A stretch of 64,000 bases of DNA from Parasitella parasitica NRRL 2501 (lineage: Eukaryota; Fungi; Mucoromycota), in NCBI GenBank assembly GCA_025201805.1, contig MU619268.1:111412-175411 (forward strand). The letters run 5' to 3'. The notes under the pieces are model-generated. The model was given only the letters and a program-made list of their open reading frames with translations. It did not search any database and was not told the origin of the DNA. The position numbers and the translations under genes were made by a program. Below are positions 63,783 to 64,000 of this stretch, piece after piece (position 1 is the first letter of the stretch; each line of letters opens with the position of its first letter).

Positions 63783-64000
63783 TTCCACTTTTCACTTTCC
63801 ACTTACACCATCTGCCACCTGCCACCTGCCACTTACCACTTATTACCACTTTCCACTCACCATCTGCCACTTTCCACTTTCCACTTTCCACTTTCCACTC
63901 ACCATCTGCCACTTACCACTCACCACTTTCCACTCACCATCTGCCACCTGCCACTTTCCACTCACCACTTTCCACTCACCATCTGCCACTTACCACTTAC
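63783..64000. repeat. Degenerate 7-bp satellite (CCACTTT/CCACTTA/CCACTCA/CCATCTG/CCACCTG) running off the window end
   Basis: About 30 heptamer units are directly visible. Confidence 0.95.

Overview
AT-rich eukaryotic DNA with many short GT-AG introns, most consistent with a Mucorales (Mucoromycota) fungus. That call is an inference from intron style, gene content and Mucorales-type transposon relics. About 19 protein genes lie densely between 2.2 and 55.7 kb: a mitochondrial carrier, a ZCCHC8-like protein, an M28 glutamate carboxypeptidase, a 7TM receptor-like protein, a LIM-domain-binding co-regulator, a coiled-coil protein, a small orphan, an MFS transporter, an 806-aa repetitive CaaX protein, Mss4, a GT34 glycosyltransferase, a DHDPS-family aldolase, an orphan, SF3A3/Prp9, NAA35/Mak10, a PPR protein, PEX11, a PHD/AT-hook protein and a PP2C. 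The last 8 kb is gene-free and holds decayed Helitron and L1-like elements plus a 7-bp satellite. I found no tRNA, rRNA or CRISPR features and no clear multi-gene system. The best novelty leads are single proteins. (1) The acidic CaaX protein carries four copies of an unrecognised module whose helix fits the AKAP pattern. (2) The ZCCHC8 homologue keeps a probable MTR4-binding motif, implying a fungal NEXT-like complex. (3) The glycosyltransferase fuses a degenerate GT31-like domain to GT34. (4) The coiled-coil protein has a dynein-adaptor-like AAxxG box. All exon structures were assembled by eye and all homologies are from motif recognition, not searches.
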